Source: Chrysemys picta bellii
Taxonomy: Eukaryota
Length of the DNA stretch: 64,000 nucleotides
Assembly (NCBI RefSeq): GCF_011386835.1
Contig: NC_088796.1
Span: 89,466,001 to 89,530,000, forward strand
Reading direction: 5' to 3'
Within the stretch, counting starts at the first letter, position 1. Every line of letters begins with the position of its first letter. This document shows, piece by piece, positions 61,752-64,000 of the stretch. The notes under the pieces were generated by a model that worked only from the letters and a program-made list of their open reading frames with translations, was not told the origin of the DNA and searched no databases. The position numbers were made by a program, and so were the translations under genes.

Positions 61752-62788
61752 TGTTACACTGTCCTGCCCTTAGCATGAACGAGTCTTGTCTGTGCTTGGT
61801 GTGGATCAGGGCCCTGAAATCAACAGTCTCTGGAAGCACAAGCACTGTGTTCCAGGCCTCCACGGACCTTGAGGTCTCTGTACAGGTAGTGAAAGGCACA
61901 CATCAGCCCCCAAATACTTGGAGCATTCCTGGCAGTGTCCAGCCCCTTATTCACTGAATACTTAGAATCACCAGGCCTGCTGTTCCCAAAGGAACGGTTC
62001 ACACCAGCTGGTAAGTTTCAACTCAGGACCAGCACTTTGCTTAACACCACAGCACTGAGGTATACTTATAGCGAAAACAAGAATAAGCTTATAATCAAAG
62101 ACTAGAGATTCAGATAATATTACATATAAAACAAAATAACACTTTTTTCGAGACTAAACTTAACTAACAGGTTAATCTTCTGTTTAAAGAAGCTTAACTC
62201 ACCCAAATTCCTCTGTAGCATTTTCAACCGGTGCTGGCTATGACCCTACTTTCATGCATGGAAATGTGCTGCCCATTTACTTCTTAGGTGCAGGATTCTG
62301 TGGGAGTCTTCTTTGCCTTCTAGAAATAGCTCCAAACTACATTGTCTTTACTTATAGATAGGGTAACCCCCGTGGCTTATTTTTTCTTGTGTGCTCCTTT
62401 CCTGTTGACTTCACAGTTTAGTTAACATTTGCCTTCATAGGTAAATGACATCCATTGTATTAGCTTATAATATTTCATTTTCATCCCGACAGATGGAGAG
62501 ACGTTTCTTGCCTCCTGTCTGGAAGAACCAGTGAAAGACATGTCAGCTTTTGATGACCTGCTTCTAACTTACATACTTAAGAACATAATTTTCTGGTGCA
62601 GATACATAGCTCCTTAATAGTACCTATACATACATTTCACAATTATATTAATGGCCACCGTGAAACCTGCTTTCATTTGAGACCTCACATGACGTGCTTT
62701 GGTGAACCAGGGTATACATATGAATCAGGAGATAAATGTACTGCTCTGTATCCTCTTGTCAGTTGGCTGAAGAGGTTCTTGGGTCATA
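61752..62788 (-). mobile_element. Solo LTR (1037 bp)
   Basis: TGTTACA...GTCATA termini (CA mutated to TA); exact 5-bp TSD ATTGG (61747-61751, 62789-62793); strand inferred from resemblance to turtle Gypsy-type LTRs. Confidence 0.8.
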
Positions 62789-62869
62789 ATTGGACACTGT
62801 GGCAAAGTGACTCAAAAGCTGGTGTGCCACTGTGTTGGGGGTTGTACATCCCATCACACATATACCTAC

Positions 62870-64000
62870 TTGCTAGCCTAGTGAGGGGGGCTTTAAATAA
62901 GTTTCAAAGGGGGCAGGGACAAAAGCACACAGGTAGATATAAAAAAGGCAATTTTAAGAGCGGGGTAGATTGTGGGGGGAATGGAAAATTGCAATAGGGT
63001 AATAGGGGCAACAAGAGGGGAAACAGTTGGGAAGTCTTCTCAACATCTTAGACTTCTGTACAAAAATGCAAGGAGTATGGGAAATAAACAGGAAGAATTG
63101 GAAATATTAGTACAAAACTTATGACTTAGCTGGCATCACTGAGACTTGGTGGGATACATCTCATGAGTTAAATATCAGTATAGAGGGATATAAAATGTTC
63201 AAGAAGGACAGGCAGGATAAAAAGAAAGAAGGTGTTGCATTATATCTCAATGATATATATACTTGTTCTGAAGTCCACAAGGAGATGAGTGGCAAACTAG
63301 CTGAAGTCTCTGGGTGAAGATAAGAAGGAAAAAAGACAGGAATGATGTCATGGTAGGGGGTCAACCATGGCAAAGCACCACCTTTGCCTCACCAGGCTTA
63401 GCATTTCCCCCTCTGGTGGTGGGGGAGAGGAGGAGCTGGAGTAAATTAGTCCTGTGCCAGAGAGTTTTTATTCCTTACTCAGGTTTTATTTTTCAATACT
63501 TTACAAGGTGGGTCTCAGGGTTGGCCAATGGAGCACTCTTCAGCCAAACCAAAGAAACAAATTCATAACACAAAAAGGGAATACCTTTCCCTGTCCCCTA
63601 TCTGGGGGTATTGCCTTTTTATGCTGGCTCTGGGGTACCAGTTCTTCCCCACAAAGGCAGTTAGGTTGGCTGATTCCCCTATAGGGAGGCGAGGAGCTTT
63701 CCACCCAAAAGAAGCCTTTTCTCTCTGCTGCCACTAGCCCTGTTGCAGCTTTTCTTTCCCTCCCTCACCAGAAGAGGGGTTTTAAAGGTCACAGGCATCT
63801 CTTATTGGACCCAGGTGTCCCTATTTGACCTGAGGTAACCTCTTTTCAGCTCCTGGGGATAAGGCCCTTTACCAGTCTAGGGCTGACATACCTGCCTTCC
63901 GCCAGTCTCTTAAAGCTGTCCGGTCTGACTTTGTCACACCACATAATCAGGAGGAGGATGTTTTGGATATGTTCAAAATCAAAACACAAATATCCAAAAC
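62870..64000 (+). mobile_element. CR1 LINE, ORF1 end and ORF2 apurinic-endonuclease N-terminus, interrupted by an LTR
   Basis: HLRLLYKNARSMGNKQEELEILV...LAGITETWWD...IEGYKMFKKDRQ...GVALY...SLWVKI...NDVMVG; continues after 63938 as P.NQEEDV. Confidence 0.85.
63368..63938 (-). mobile_element. Solo LTR (~570 bp) nested in CR1 ORF2
   Basis: Minus-strand start TGTGACAAAGTCAGACC at 63938; CR1 sequence resumes in register on both sides; only CCA is shared as a flanking duplication. Confidence 0.75.

Overview
Vertebrate genomic DNA, almost certainly turtle: it carries a tortoise Pol III/SINE, turtle-type CR1 3' ends and a turtle-type Penelope. I recognise no host protein-coding gene, rRNA, true tRNA gene or CRISPR array, so the window reads as intergenic or deep intronic DNA built from transposable elements. 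The main structure is a 6.2-kb composite at 7441-13596. It starts with a full-length ~3-kb hAT (Tip100-like) DNA transposon whose transposase is only two 1-nt frameshifts from an intact ~826-aa protein, with the DDE triad, CxxH and RW motifs retained. That element is fused, without a TSD, to a doubly truncated DIRS retrotransposon (gag plus partial RT), which is fused in turn to a truncated LTR. Elsewhere are four solo LTRs (three with exact 5-bp TSDs), five non-autonomous hAT MITEs with 7-8-bp TSDs, Tigger-like MITEs, Harbinger-like MITE remnants, and CR1/L2/MIR/LF-SINE fragments. A Penelope-like insertion has inverted ends, a TSD, a GIY-YIG remnant and a minimal hammerhead-ribozyme motif. 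Repeat family names come from recognised motifs, not database searches. Coordinates of old degenerate repeats are approximate.
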